From contig NC_058368.1 of the NCBI RefSeq assembly GCF_018350175.1, forward strand, positions 13,020,001 through 13,084,000: a stretch of 64,000 bases of DNA, written 5' to 3'. A program made the translations under genes and the position numbers. The notes beneath the pieces were generated by a model, which saw nothing but the letters and a program-made list of their open reading frames with translations, made no database searches and had not been told where the DNA came from. Source of the DNA: Felis catus. Lineage: Eukaryota. Positions 38,277 to 52,049 of the stretch are shown here, piece by piece; within the stretch, counting starts at the first letter, position 1, and the number at the start of each line of letters is the position of its first letter.

Positions 38277-38710
38277 TGTCCAGCCCACATCCCAGGAGCC
38301 CTTCTCCACTCGGTACAGACATCCCAACCCCTCTCTGTGAGACCCTGAAACTCTTGGTCTAAGGGCTCACCCCTAGAGCCTGCTCTGCCTGGAGATGTGG
38401 GAGGCCAGACAGTTCCAGGAGCAGTCTTCAGCCAATGACTGACAGAAATGTACTTGTGAAATATCCTAGGAATCTCAGCTCTCAGGTGGGATAACTATGA
38501 AGGCTGTGTTCTGCAGAGGTTGCCCGAGTCTTCCTCCAGTTGAGCTCCAGTTGCTCTGCTCCACAGAGGAACTTGCTTGACAAAGCATCCTTTGCTGCCT
38601 TCTTTCCCTTCCTCTCACTCTTCCACCCTCCTGCCTGTGACTTTGTAGCACATCCAGCTCACCCTGGAATCAGTGTCTTAGAGTCTCCTTCTGGGTGAAA
38701 CCAAATACAT
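38277..38710 (+). mobile_element. ERVL LTR16-like solo LTR inside an L2
   Basis: cagccaatgactgacag, gggataactatgaaggc, gagctccagttgc, ttctgggtgaaaccaaa motifs. Confidence 0.6.
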
Positions 38711-39238
38711 GAGAATGGGTCCTAAGTTAAGGGAAAAAATAAAGCAGAGAAGGAAGACATGGAATATGGATGGGTAGAGGGTATAATTTTACCTGGGGAA
38801 TCTAGGAAAAGTCTCATGGATAAGTGAATTTTTAGAAAATAAACATTTTTATTGACGAATAACATTTATAGAGAATCACACAAATCATGTTAGTTCCATC
38901 AATTTTCATGAAATGAAAACATCTTCAGATGAAGATCAAGAAATGGGATATCAAGAACTATTACATTTTAGCAGCTCCTTCATACCCACTTCTAGTCACT
39001 ATGTCTTTTTTTCTCAAAGATAATCGTGATCCTGATTTCTATACCATTAATGAATTTCCCTTGTACTTGAGAAATGTAACTGGGATATACAATGTATACT
39101 CATTTGTATCTGATTTCTTTTCCTCAACATTATGTTTGTGCAGTGTGCTTGTGTTGCTTCATGTAGCAAGTTTTTTTCATTTTCATTTCTGTATGCTATT
39201 TTATTGTGACTATAGTAGTAATTGGCTACTATGAATAG

Positions 39239-39241
<3 letters not shown>

Positions 39242-39276
<35 letters not shown>

Positions 39277-39281
39277 CATAC

Positions 39282-39341
<60 letters not shown>
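39242..39341. repeat. (TA)n microsatellite with CA interruptions
   Basis: About 100 bp read directly. Confidence 0.97.
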
Positions 39342-39350
<9 letters not shown>

Positions 39351-39884
39351 TTGGATAAACACCTAGGGTCAGAATTGCCAGGTTATAGACTATGCCTGTA
39401 TTTTGGTGCACTAAACAGTTTCCAAAATAGTGGTACCAGAGATTATACTCCCACTGGCAGTCTGTGAGAGTTCTAACTGCTTTCTCATCAATATTTGGTA
39501 TTTTTCACTTTTTTCATTTTAATCACATTGATGGTTACATACAGGTATTTCATTGGGGTTTCAGTTTGTTTCTCTGATGACTACAGAGGTTGAACGAGTT
39601 TTTAATTATTTATCAGTCTATTGGATATCCTTTTTTGTGAAGCGCCTATTCGAATCTTTTGCCAATTTTTTTTATTGATTAGTTCTTTATATAATGTGGA
39701 TTTGAGTGTTTCCTCAGTTTTTGGTAGTGTATTTTGATTAATAGAATTCATCCTTATTTTAGTGAATTATTTAAAGACAATTTTGCCTTAATTATTTTTG
39801 CTTTTTTCCTGTTTAAGAAATATTCACATAGCCCATGGTCATGAACGTATTCTCTTATGTAGTATTGCAAAATTTTTGTTCATT

Positions 39885-40120
39885 TTTTTAATTTAAATAC
39901 AAGTTAGTTAACATATAGTGCAATAATTATTTCATGAATAGAATTTAGTGTTTATTACTTACATAAAACACTCAGTGCTCATTCCAACAAGTGCCCTTCT
40001 CAATGCCCCTTGCCCATTTAGTCTATCCCCCTCACCCAACATCCCACCAACAACCCACCGGTTGTTCTCTGTATTTAAGAGTCTCTTATGGTTTGCCTCC
40101 CTCTCTGTTTTTGTCTTATT
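39885..40120 (-). mobile_element. Carnivore L1 3'-end fragment (older than the 3.7-9.9 kb element)
   Basis: ttaagagtctcttatggtttgcctccctctc and cagtgctcattccaacaagtgccctt are the reverse complement of the L1 3'UTR seen at ~9660-9780. Confidence 0.85.
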
Positions 40121-41079
40121 AGTATCATAATAAATTTACAGGTTACTTTGGGGACATCTCTACAATATTGAGTATTTCAATTCATGAGAATAGTATATAC
40201 CTCATTTAGCTATTGCTTAATGTGTTTCAATAATGTTTTATAATTTTCTGTGTAGAGATATTGCAGTCATTAAATTTATTCTTGTATTAATTTTTCCTAT
40301 TTTATTATTTTAAGATTCAAATTTATTTCTGATGGCTTATAGAAGTACAAATAATTATGTGTATTGATGTGTATATAGTGACCTTGGTAAATTCAGTTTT
40401 TAATTCTAATGGTTTATCTACAGTAGATTTGGGGGGGGGATTTTCTATATGCATAAGGATGTGATTTGTTATGGCAGTCTTATATCTTCCCTTTCAATCT
40501 TCATAAGTTGTGTATCTTTTCTTGCCTTATAACCTTTATGAGGACTTCTAGTAAATTACTGAATTAGCGTCATTTAGCAAACATCTTTGTCTTAAACCGA
40601 ATCTGAAATGGAAAGCATTTAATGTTTCAACATGATATATGGTGTTTACTGAAGGTTTTGAGTAGTTACCCCTTTTCTGATTGCTTCCTTTAATTCATAC
40701 ACACTAATTTCCTTTCTCAGCTAATTTGTCAGAAGAGAGTATTTATTAGTTAGAACTTGAAGGAAACAAGACAGCAGGAGAAAACTTTAGGGCAGTCTAG
40801 AGAAAGGGTGCTATATGCAGAGGTAACAGTAAATATAAAGTCCTGAGGTAGGAGCATATTTGACGTGTTTGAGGAGCAGCAAGAAAGCCATTGTGGCTGG
40901 AGAGAATTTGAAAAGTGAGAAGGAGCAGAAGATAGTGGTCGAGAAAGAATGGGGACCGGGAGGGACATAACAAGACTTCCATATTAACAAAGCCATGAAT
41001 TCTTTAGTGCTAATAAAGGGCGACTCAAAAGTAGAAGTAGGAAGACACACTGGGTATAGTTGAAATGGTCCAAATTTAA

Positions 41080-43640
41080 TACGTTTAAAAATAAAACAAA
41101 CAATAGGAGAAGTCCACAAGCCAAAAGTAGAATTTCACAAGCATTAGTAACAGTGGTAAACCCCTAGCAAGATTAATCAAGAGGGAAAAAGAGAGAGAGA
41201 GAAGTAAGACACAAATAACCAATATCAGGAATGAAAACACTCCACCAGGGATGTTACAAACATTCAAACAATAACAAGGAGATATTGTGAATTTCTTTAC
41301 GGCATGCATTTATACAACTTCGATGAAACGGACGAGTTTCTTGAAAAACACGGTGTACCATCAAAAAAAAAAAAGAAAATCTGAATATCTCTGTATCTAT
41401 TAAGGATTGCTACTTTAATTAAAAATCATCTTCAAAGGATGGCTTTACTGGTCAATTCTAAGGAATATTCAAGAAAGAAATACAGTTGACCCTTGAACCA
41501 CATGGGTTTGAATTGTGCAGGCCCATTTGTTTACAGTACAGTATTAGAGGTGTATTTTCTCTTCCTTATGATTTTCTTCACAACATTTTCTTTTCTCTGC
41601 CTCAATTTATGGTGAGAATATAGCATATAATACATATAACATTCAAAATATGTGTTAGTCACCTATTTAGGTTACCGGTAAGGCATCTGGGTCAACAGTA
41701 GGTTACTAGTGGTTAATTTTTTGGAAAGTCAGAAGTAATGCACAGATTTCTAACTGCACGTGGGCTTGGTACCCCTATCCCGCACATTGTTCAAGGGTCA
41801 ACTATATTATCAATCTTATGCAAACTCATTCAGAATATAGAGGAAGTAGGAATATTTTCTTACTTATCTTATGAAGTTACCAAGGACATTTCCAAAAAAA
41901 TTACAGACTAATCATTTTTGAACTCATGAACATAGATGCAAAATCCTAATAATATATGCAAATTACATCCAGTAAAATATAAATTTATATAAAATATGTT
42001 AAATAAAATTAAGTAATTAAATTGTTTAATGAAAATATATTTAATAATATTTAAGACATGTGACACATTTAAATATTTACATTATAATTAAAATATGCTA
42101 ATAAATTTTATTTAAAGTATTTTGAATATTAAAATTTATAATGTTATGTCTAAAATATCTAATAGTAAATGTAATATAAAAATATTTTTAAAGCCTAAAA
42201 TATAGTATATTAGGTGGCATTTATTTCAGGAATGCAGAATTGGTTTAGCACTCAAGAACCAATCAATATAATACTATAATTCACTGAATAACTCATAAAG
42301 GAGTAAATTATATTATTGTCTCAACAGATATGAAAACATTCAACACTCATTCATGACAAGAAAAAAACTCTCAGACAATGAAGAATAGGACAGGTCCCCA
42401 ATCTCATAAAATATATAAAGACATCCTACAACTAACATACATAATGGTGAAATATTTGACACTTTTACCCTAAAATCAAGAACAAGAAAAGGATTCCATT
42501 TTTTCCATTTTTATTCAACATTGCCTAGAGGTTCATGCTAATGAAGTTAGGAAATAAATACATGTATATGTATATTCTTTAGGATTTTCTAGTAATGCAG
42601 GTATGTGATCGCTGAATAAATCAAGAAATATTAAGGTCAGTACATGAATACATCAAGATTTAACTGTGGTCATTTAAATTTTCAGAAGGAAATTCAGTGA
42701 GGAAAAGGATTGTCTTTTCAACCAATTAATTTATACATAGAAAATAATTCTAGCCAACAGACAAATGAAATTTGATCACCTGTTATTAAGTTTATTTAGA
42801 AGAGGAACATGATCAAGAAAATTTATACAGATAAGAACAAATATTGAAGACTGGTTCTACCAGATATCAAAACACTTTTGAGCATTAATAATTTATATAG
42901 TTTGGTTTGTATAGAAAGAGAAAAATAAAGAGAATTTGGACATAAAGTTACATATTTTGATTAAATGAGTAAAGAAATGATAGTTTAGGGACAATTAAGT
43001 CTTCTTCTGGGGAAAAAAAGTTTGATTACTAAATCATACTATATGTAAAAATATATTCCATAAATAGATTAATGTAAAAACAGAAAAATCAAAAGAAATA
43101 AACAAAAAAATTTGCAAACATATATCTAAGAAGCTCTTACACTTAAATAAGAAAATGTTCAAAACTTATTATGAAATAAGCAAAGGTTATAATCAGACAG
43201 GCTAGCAGAGAAGTAGAAAGAATAATGAATAAACTAAATAGACCCATCCTTTTTCACCTTTAATTACAGGAATGCAAATCAAAATAGAGGCAAAATATTT
43301 ATTTCTTCATCAGATGTGCAAAAATTAGAAAAGAAAACTGGTAACATGTAATGTTAGTAAGGATGAGGTAAAACACTCATAGTTTGCTCTTACGAAAACA
43401 AACTGGTATAGCCTTTTTGGGAAAGAAATCTGGGAATTGCCATCTGAAGGGCATATACTTCAAACCCAATAGTTTTATTTCTAAGTATTTCAGAAGAAGC
43501 CATTTATACATGTGCACAAACTATATATCTAAAGGTGTCTAACGGTGTACAATTGAGTATAACAGTGTGCAAAATATTTATTAGAGAAGGATATTATATT
43601 TAATAGTATGCATTAATTAGAATTATATTTTACTGACATG
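41080..43640 (+). mobile_element. Ancient L1M ORF2/3' fragments
   Basis: cccctagcaagattaatcaag, gatggctttactggtcaattcta, catgaacatagatgcaaaatcct, ttattcaacattg are degenerate ORF2 landmarks. Confidence 0.65.
41483..41804. mobile_element. Tigger2a-like non-autonomous TcMar element
   Basis: TIRs cagttgacccttgaac / gttcaagggtcaacta; TA on both flanks (41481-41482, 41805-41806). Confidence 0.88.
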
Positions 43641-43892
43641 AATAATGTTCAAGGCAGACAAATATGACATTTTCTCAGAATATTTAATGATCTTCATAAA
43701 GTCTAAAATTTATAATCCTCGTATATCTAACAGTAGCAACAGACTGCTGAACTTTACCTCAGATGAGAGATTAGCCCTTTAGTAAACTAGATTGTGCCAA
43801 AGAGAAGAAACATGGCTCTGAGTGTTCTGTAATTTGATTAGGAAAGCAAAGGCAACATTACACAGTTTCACAAAGAATCTGTGTTGTGAACT

Positions 43893-44302
43893 GGTATGGT
43901 TAAATTGTATTCCTTCAAAAAAGATATGTTGAAGTCCTAACTCCCAGTACTTCATAAAGTGACCTTATTTGGAGATAGAGTCATTGCAGAGTAATGAAGT
44001 CCAAATGTGGTCATTTGGGAGGGCCCTAACACAATGTGACTGGTGTCCTTATAAAAGGGGAAATTTGGGCACAGAGATAGACACACATAAAGAGAAGACA
44101 AAGTGATGAGACACAGATAGAAGGTAGGTATGTATAGGCCAAAGAGAGAGGCTTGGAAAAGATCCTTCCCTCACAGCCCTTAGAAGGAGCCAATGCCTTG
44201 ACCTTGGACTTCTAGCCTCCAGAACTGTGAGACAATAAGTTTCTGTTCTTTAAGCAAGCCAGTTTGTGGTACTCCATTACAGCAGCCCTAGCAAACTAAT
44301 AA
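43893..44302 (+). mobile_element. MaLR MLT1B-like solo LTR
   Basis: gttgaagtcctaactcccagtac, cttggacttctagcctccagaactgtgagacaataag, gcagccctagcaaactaata. Confidence 0.88.
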
Positions 44303-44619
44303 AGTAACTCTGTCAAGTTTTAGGCTTCTTAGGCCTTGTATTTGGTTTGCATTTTTCTTTTGCCTGCATGTATAGTTACTTTTGAAAAATTCATCACCAT
44401 TTCACTTAAGCCAAACGACAAGGGAACAAAGCACTGTACAGACATAAACCAGGATAGCCACAAGGCTCAGAAGGAAAAGAGAAAGGGAGAGTGAATAAGA
44501 CAACATGATCTTTATTGCCCTATTTGCTCTAAAATTTCATGACTTTCTTATTGTACTTCCTGGTCTTATTGATGTTCTGAAACTATCTGGGCACTACATT
44601 CCCAAAATGTTTCCCACCT

Positions 44620-45000
44620 TAATTTTAGTTTTCCCCCAAAGCAACTCTAAGACAAGGACTTGGATGTAAGTCATTTATTTGGGAAGTGGTCAAAGGAAGC
44701 ACAGGAGAGGGAATGAAAAAATTGAGAAAGGAAAAGATAAGTTGGGAAAGGAGAAATGCCACTAAAATTGTATCATTGTTTTAAAGTTGCCCCACGGGGG
44801 AATTAAATGTATAGTACTCTGTGATCACTTTGGTCCTTGGCTGGGCAAATTCTTAGACAGCTGGGAAAAGCCATTGGCAGAGAAACAGAAAGATATAGGC
44901 ACTTGAGCTGGGCAGTCATCAGCCTATAATATACTGTCCAGCCCAGCACCAGTGAATTCAGAGATTGGTCAATAGGATGTGGAGGGGAGGATTGAATCAG
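44620..45000 (-). mobile_element. ERVL LTR33-like solo LTR
   Basis: ttttagttttcccccaaagcaactctaagacaaggacttggatgtaagtcatttatttgggaagtgg. Confidence 0.55.
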
Positions 45001-46326
45001 TAGCATCTTCTACTCTACCTGAGGAAAACTAGATTAATGGTAAGATTATGGTGACAATATGCAAATACGCGTAGGTCTATGAGATCTTCAGAGATAGTTT
45101 TGTTATATGTGATTTCAAGAGATTCCTGTTCACAACTTAAAATAAGAAAGCAAAAACAAAACAAAACGAAACAAATAGGTGTTTGAGAGTGAAGTCTAGT
45201 CTGCATATAGTAAGACAATATTAAAAGGCATAACTAGTGTCCCTGAAAATAAAAAATGAAAGAAACTATACTTCTGGGTCATAATTGAACTCATAAGTAA
45301 AGTAAATCCTTATTTCCAAGTGATTAGAATGTTTGGAAACTATACGCAGTCACTCATTTGATAATGCTCTTTTTCAACAATCAGTGAGTAATGATGAAGG
45401 CTCAGGCTAGACTTTTTGAAAAATAAAATTGAATAAAATTGTGTATACTGAAGAAACTCACAATCTGTGGGCCAGGGTGGAGTTATATCATGAATAGTCA
45501 TACTACCTAGGATGTGGTGTCATAACTGCGTATGTACAAAAGACTCTGGCAGAAGAGAAAGATCTTTTATCCTGGCTGTTGGGATACTAGAGGCAGTGGA
45601 TCAAGGAGTTTTCCACAGCCCCTGGAGTTTGCACCTAAATGATAATTGGATATTTCCAAGATGTACAAGGTGAGGATGGAGGGGGCTGTTCTAGGAACAG
45701 TAGCCAGAATAATCAAATGAAAATAAACATAGAAGTACATGGTAGTCCAAGGTGACTATACCTTAGGGATTTTGAGTTTATTCCTAGGCCACGGGGAACT
45801 ATGAGGATTTTGAAAACGAGAGGGAGATTTTAGATTTGTGATACTGGAAAAGCTACTCTGGCAGCAGTGGAACTTGAATTTGAATAAGGAGATGTAAATG
45901 GGGAGACTCTTCATGTCACCAGGGTACAAATGCAGGTGTGATTGGTTCTCGGGCTACAGCAGTGATCAGTAAGGATCACTGAGATTGAGGGAGGAATGTT
46001 GACTGTAGGTGTTTAGAGCAGGAAAAGAGAGATACTGAGGATAGATCCCAGATTTCTGTTTAAGTATGTGGGAGAGCCAATTGCTGAAATAGAGAAGTAG
46101 GCTTGCTAACTTCTGGGTGATGAGTTCAGGTTTGGGCATATTTTGGGTATGTAGAAATACAACCCATTACTGAGAGTGAGAAAGCCTTTCACCTCTTACC
46201 TATGAAAGAAAAAAAAAGGTTGTGATGAACTTGAAGAGAATTATCAACACCTTAAGGGCTTTAGGGGAGGTCCTATGAATATGTAAAATATGTAAAATAT
46301 GTAAATATGTGAATATGTAAAATATC

Positions 46327-46624
46327 TACTGGGTTAAACCCTATGAAATTGCTAATATCTGTCCATTTTTAATTTTTTTTTTAATTGAGAGAGTGTGTGT
46401 ACTCACATGTAAGCAGGGGAGGGGGAGAGAGAGGGAGGGAGAGAATCTTAAGCAGGCTCCACGCTCAGTGATGAGCCTGATGCAGGGCTAAATCTCATGA
46501 CCATGAGATCATGAACTGAACTAAAATCAAGAGTAGGACGTTTAGCTGACTGAGCCACCCAGGCCCCCCTAGTTGGCCACTTTTGATCTACATAAAATGG
46601 CAATTTCATATGGCCCTTCAAATA
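46327..46624. mobile_element. MADE2 mariner-derived MITE split by a SINE
   Basis: Arms tactgggttaaaccctatgaaattgc and ggcaatttcatatggcccttcaaata are inverted repeats matching recalled MADE2. Confidence 0.75.
46371..46569 (-). mobile_element. Can-SINE (older subfamily)
   Basis: gagatcatgaactgaactaaaatcaagagtaggacgtttagctgactgagccacccaggc. Confidence 0.9.
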
Positions 46625-47761
46625 GTTCACTGGCTTTGGGGAAGATCCTTATGAAGGATCTTCTTTAGATTTCACTAATAGGGAGTATTATTAAGTGTTG
46701 AACATAATATTCCAAGAAAAATAAAACAGGTGACAAAAATTTTATTAAAGCGAAGTATTTACCTTTTATTACTTAACTTTCACTACCTACTGTCTTGGGA
46801 AGGTCAGTGTTATGCGGGGAAGCTAGTGGAGAGTGCTGACTTGGGAAGTGAGTGGCAGTGGTGGGGAGTACTTTTTAGGAGTCTACTCCCAAGAACTGTA
46901 CTGGACGAACGGGGTTGTATCCTCCTTTTTCTCCCCAGTCTCCACACTCGTGTTCCACAGCAGCTACCACATAGAGCAGCATATCTTAGAACTTTAAAGA
47001 AAGATCTAAGGACTGTTGAAAATATCATTTACCTTTCATGTAAGTTAAACTGAAGAATTCTTCTTTGTTAGCTAAAGGGAGGAGCAAAACATTTTTGGGC
47101 TTTTCAAAGAGAAAGAAAAAATACATGAAGAAATGTTATTTTCCTTGGTGACTGATGCCAGGAACATTTTGTTTTGATAAGTTCAATTCTGCCATCATTA
47201 TATTACAGTCAAAATAGAGTTTTTGACTGGATTATACATTTCTCTCCTAAGCTGCCCTGCTCTCTGGAACTGAGATACTTCCAGTTCAAAATTATTTCTT
47301 CCTTTTAGATTTATACTGACATTAGTATAAACCAAATGAAGAAAAATGAAAATATATTCATGCAGCTGTTTCTGCATATCACCTTTAATCTTCCATATAC
47401 TTTAAAATATGTGCTTCTCAGAGAGGAAGAGAGGGAGAGATCTATTTTTGCTTTATGTGAGTATAAAAGTAATTTGTTGCCATGGCAATGTATTTTTTCC
47501 ATCCTGTATTTTCCAAACACAGCCTTTGCTTCAAATTTTGGATAAACAGTCGCTCTCTGTGTCCTCCATTTACAGTGCCATGCTCCACTGACCACTTCAG
47601 GTCAAGCACAAACTAGTCTACAAGATCAAGTACCATATTTGACAGAGATTTTTATTTTTTGGTGCTTGTATCAATATAAGCCTCTTGACAGAGTCAGGGA
47701 GAGGGCATTTCAGATTCCTGAGACTCTTGATTTGGCAAATGCTAAAGTATAGTGTTCCAAT

Positions 47762-47898
47762 TCTCCCTCCCTTCCTCCCTCCCTCCCTCCCTCCTTCCCT
47801 TCCTTCCTTCCTTCCTTCCTTCCTTCCTTCCTTCCTTCCTTCTTCTTTCCTTCCTTCCTTCCTTCCTTCCTTCCTTCCTTCCTTCCTTCCTTCCTTCC
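47762..47898. repeat. (CCCT)n/(CCTT)n tetranucleotide repeat
   Basis: Pure polypyrimidine array. Confidence 0.97.
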
Positions 47899-47988
47899 AA
47901 GAACCACTGCTCATTCACTGCTTATTTTAACCCTAGACAATATTCACCTAGCATTACATTCAACAGCCTGCCATCTATAGTGGATGTT

Positions 47989-48018
47989 TTTCTATTAACT
48001 CTGTTTCTATTAACTCTG
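47989..48018. repeat. 15-bp tandem microduplication (tttctattaactctg x2)
   Basis: Two identical adjacent copies. Confidence 0.9.
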
Positions 48019-49399
48019 TGAAAATTGTAGGAACTAGCAACTTTTTGGTTGTTTTGTAAACAAACAAAAATCAGAGGCCTAAGTATTTTTGACTTACGGA
48101 AAGTGTAGTAGAAGGAATAAAGTAAATAGAACCTGGAAAGTCAATCCATAAGCTCAAAGAAATTAAATAAACCAACAATTAAGGAAAATTACCTTAAAGA
48201 TGAGGTAGATTAGGGAAGATGGAGAAAGAGGGGTGCAATCAGAGAACTATTTTAGTTCTGAGGATATCTTGTGTGTATGGTGGTGGTAAGAGGTGGGGAA
48301 GGGAGATTTGAGGGGGGAAAATAGAAGAGAACCATGCAGGGAGGAAAGGAGGTAACAAACACAGGACATCGTGCAATAGGTAAGCAATTTTAGTTCTATT
48401 ATTTGTTCAAACGACAAACCAATATTAATGGTCAAAGTGTCAAATCCTCAAAGTCAAGCGTCACTTATAAGTTTGTCTGTATAGTCTGTTCTTGGGTGGG
48501 ATGAGAGGCACAAATACACAAGAATAGATCATTCATTTGCAGATTAACTGTTTGTTGAACATCTACCTGGAAAAGGCATTATGTTAGCCTTGAGGAAGGT
48601 AAACAGAAGTAGAGTAATATATAGATCAAAAATTCTGAAAGAAGGGATAATATGTAAATGCATAAAAGGTAGCTAATTATATAGAAACCACATGAGCTGT
48701 ACAGGTAGATTGGAGGCGGTGGAGATTCCTTTCACTGTGGGGGCTCACAGACCACGATCAGAACTAGCTTTTGAAGAACAAGTTAAATTTAAAGAGCTAC
48801 AAAGATGAAGAGGGAAAGGAGCCCCTCTTTGCCTCTGGATACCGACCACTGGAGGAAACACATAAAGGAAATTGAATGGAATAGGAGGTTGGAATGGACA
48901 CCATGTCTTAGAGTCTAGGTTAAAATAAGCTTCTTACCCTCTACCCTGACTCTCAATACTAATACTCAGAGATTTTACTGGGTCTGAAGTACAGACTCAA
49001 AAACTCAGTACCCAAGCAGCTAGATGAATGAGGACCTCAAGATTACCTTAAACATCCATTTGGAGGCAGACAATAAAGTGGCCTAGTTACCTGAAGAGAA
49101 GAGGCAGCTCAAGTTTGACAGAGTGCAGAGAGTGAAAAAGGAAATGTGGAATCAGGTCTGGCTTTTGGCATCAGCATGACCACTAACAAAATGGTTCATT
49201 GGATGTCAATTTCTAATAAAATTCACCACTGCTTATTCCTCTGTGAGGAATGTTGGCATCAGAGAAACTGTGTCTTACCTTCAATACTCTCCTAGGTAGA
49301 AAGTTTTGTCTATTATCCTTAATGGGTAGAAGTAGAAACGAAGAAAAAGAACAGATATTCATTCCTTCCCCTCATGCCTGCCCAAAGCCAAACCGTATG

Positions 49400-49585
49400 T
49401 CAAATTCTTTCCATTTACCACATAACTAAATCTTTACGATAACCTAATGAGGTGGGTATACTCGGCTCCATTTTACAGGTAAATAAACTGAAACTTAGGG
49501 GCTAAGGTAAGGGAACTTACCCGAGGTCAAATAACAAGTAAGTGGGCAGACCCAAGATCCATACTTATAACTGGAGTCCATACTC
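49400..49585 (-). mobile_element. MIR
   Basis: aacctaatgaggtgggta...ccattttacaggtaaataaactgaaacttag...acttacccgaggtca. Confidence 0.75.
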
Positions 49586-49877
49586 TCCATACACATGCCC
49601 ATTATAGTAGTCCTGCCAAAGCTAGGAAATATGTAGGAAATCACCAGAGGCTAATCTCCAAAAGATTATAGCAAGGATAAGAAAAATTTGTTCTTCCGTC
49701 AATCTGGTCCTTCTGGAGCGATTTCTTTGAACAAAGAAATGACACAACATGGCATACTTTAAATTCAATTTTGGATGAAACTCAGCCCCAAATGTATGTA
49801 ACAGAATAAAAATAACCCACTTAGCATTTAAAGCCTATTAAAAATAATTTTTAAATAATGGATTTGGCGGTAATGAA

Positions 49878-50380
49878 TGGTTTGCTGTTTTTCACAACAA
49901 AGCATCCAAAAATTCAGTTGCTTAAAACAACAGTGATTTATTACTGCTCATGCATCTGTAGGTTGGCAGGAGGTGGTTGATTCAGGTTGGGCTTGGCTGG
50001 ATGGTTCTGCTTTAGACTAAGGCTGCTGGTCAGCTCCGCCTCTCACTGTGTGTCTGTAGGCTGGACTGGGCTGGCTTTGCCCCATGTGTTTCTCATCCTT
50101 CTTGGACCAATGGTTTAGACAAGAAATGCCCTTCTCATTGGGATGGGTATGGCCCAAGACAGCAAGCAGAAACACTTAAGGAACACTTAAGGTCCAGGAT
50201 TAGAGCTGACTCATACGCTGTCACTTTCCTCTTAATTTATGGCATAAAGCTGGTCACTCTGCTAAACTGAAAGCCAAGGGGCAGGGAAATATACTCAGCT
50301 CTTTTCCTGGGAGAAACTTAAGAGTCACAAGGCAAAAGGTATGAGGAGGAGTGAAGAACTGGGCTAAAAATGAAACCATC
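49878..50380 (-). mobile_element. MaLR MLT1 (G/H-like) solo LTR
   Basis: aaaattcagttgcttaaaacaacagtgatttattactgctcatgcatctgtaggttggc. Confidence 0.65.
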
Positions 50381-51412
50381 ATCATCATTGATTACCACCG
50401 TATAAGCACTGAGTAGGTTCTGAGTGTATAGGTTCTATTTGAGAAATTGCTACTTTTAGTTAAACCCAATGTTTATAACAGAATGAGAAGAAAAATCAAA
50501 TCTTCTGCCCCGAAGCTTTGATTTTACTTCCTCATGTGTAAGACAAAAAGTTTGGATGCGGCAATCTCCCTGATCCCTTCTAACTCCATGAATCTAGGTT
50601 TCTATTATTCTCCCCCCATCATATTGCTTTCAGTTTCAAATGTTTACAAACATAGTCAAATGGGATTTCTGATCTAATGTATATTCTATAACAAATTAAT
50701 AGAGAAATACTTAGGAAAACTTTCAATATTCTAAGTTTCGAGAACTACAAAGATAGGCTAAAATTTCATTTTGATTAGAAAAACTGACTTGTACCTTTAC
50801 AGACTAATCACAGCTAAGACTTTTGAGTCACCCGTGTCTAATACATATTCAATATTCTCTTTATATAAAAGGAAACATGGATTGAATATAATTATTATAA
50901 TGCCCAACAGTTCAAAAGTTCTCTTTCAACATGTGTGGATAAGACCTTTTAAGCATTACTCGAAACAGCAGACACAGAAAATACATTTGGGCAACAATAT
51001 GAGGCTTTATACATCTCTATAGTCCTTCCTTCTCCTGAATCCTCTCCTTTACCACAAGGACTGCCACTTCTGGGGAGTTTTTCCTGATGAGTGGGGATAT
51101 GGAAGCCACATGAAGGAAGCCAAGGGCAGGAGTTGTGAGGAAAATGATTGGCATCATGCCATTGCTTCATCAGGCTGCATGCAGTGACTGGGATGGCTGA
51201 AACCCATGTGTCTGCCACTGGCCTCTCTTCTCTTTCCAGATATGTAGTTCATTTAATGATCTTCTCCTGTAACCTTACATCTTCTCTTAATTTTTACTTA
51301 CTTTGTATAATGACATTTCATTTGGAATTTCATGAATGGATATTTTGCTCATATATTACCTACTTGTATATTACTTATGTCTTTTAGCTTTCTGGGATTA
51401 CTGTATCTTTAA

Positions 51413-51633
51413 ATTTTTCTAATGTTTATTTATTTTTGAGAGAGAGAGAGAGAGAGAACGAGAGAGAGTGGGAGCAGGGAAGGGGCAGAGAAGGAGGGAG
51501 ACACAGAATCTGAAGCAGGCTCCAGGCTCTGAGCTGTCAGCAGAGCTCGACACGATGCTTGAATTCACAGAGCATGAGATCATGATCTGAACCGAAGTCA
51601 GATGCTTAATGGACTGAGCCACTTGGGCGCCCC
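51413..51633 (-). mobile_element. Can-SINE (SINEC_Fc2-like)
   Basis: Near-TSD tgggattactgtatcttt / tggggttagtgtatcttt. Confidence 0.94.
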
Positions 51634-52049
51634 TGGGGTTAGTGTATCTTTAAGATTTAACTCAAACTGGTTTCTACCCATTACATATGTCAGACGAACA
51701 CAGCATCATTTCTATTAACTCCAAGGATTCTTGGGTTCTTAATTTTCTCCCAGCTACCCTGGCCCTGAGTCCCTACTGCTGCTGATGTGACTTTCCTTTC
51801 TATATTTTGTTTTGCTGGACACCCATTTCCCTCTATTCTTCTCTCCTCCTCTGAAGTTCCACAGACACAAAGCTGGGGATTAGGTAAACTTTGCAAAAAT
51901 GCTGGGAAAGTGGAAGGGGTGAATTTACATGTAATGCTGGAAATAATGTAATAGTAGGTATTAGAAAGCCCTGTAATTAAAAGTCCTTCAGCTGTGTTCC
52001 ATGACCAGCCATTCTCATGGAGAATTTCTCTTCAGCCTCTGGTTATCTT

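Larger units (their letters stand above)
38845..40680 (-). mobile_element. Ancient L1M fragments (3'UTR and ORF2)
   Basis: Antisense L1 motifs (ttccaaaatagtggtacca, tcaatatttggtatt, caatattgagtatttcaattcatgag); interrupted by (TA)n and a younger L1 end. Confidence 0.65.
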
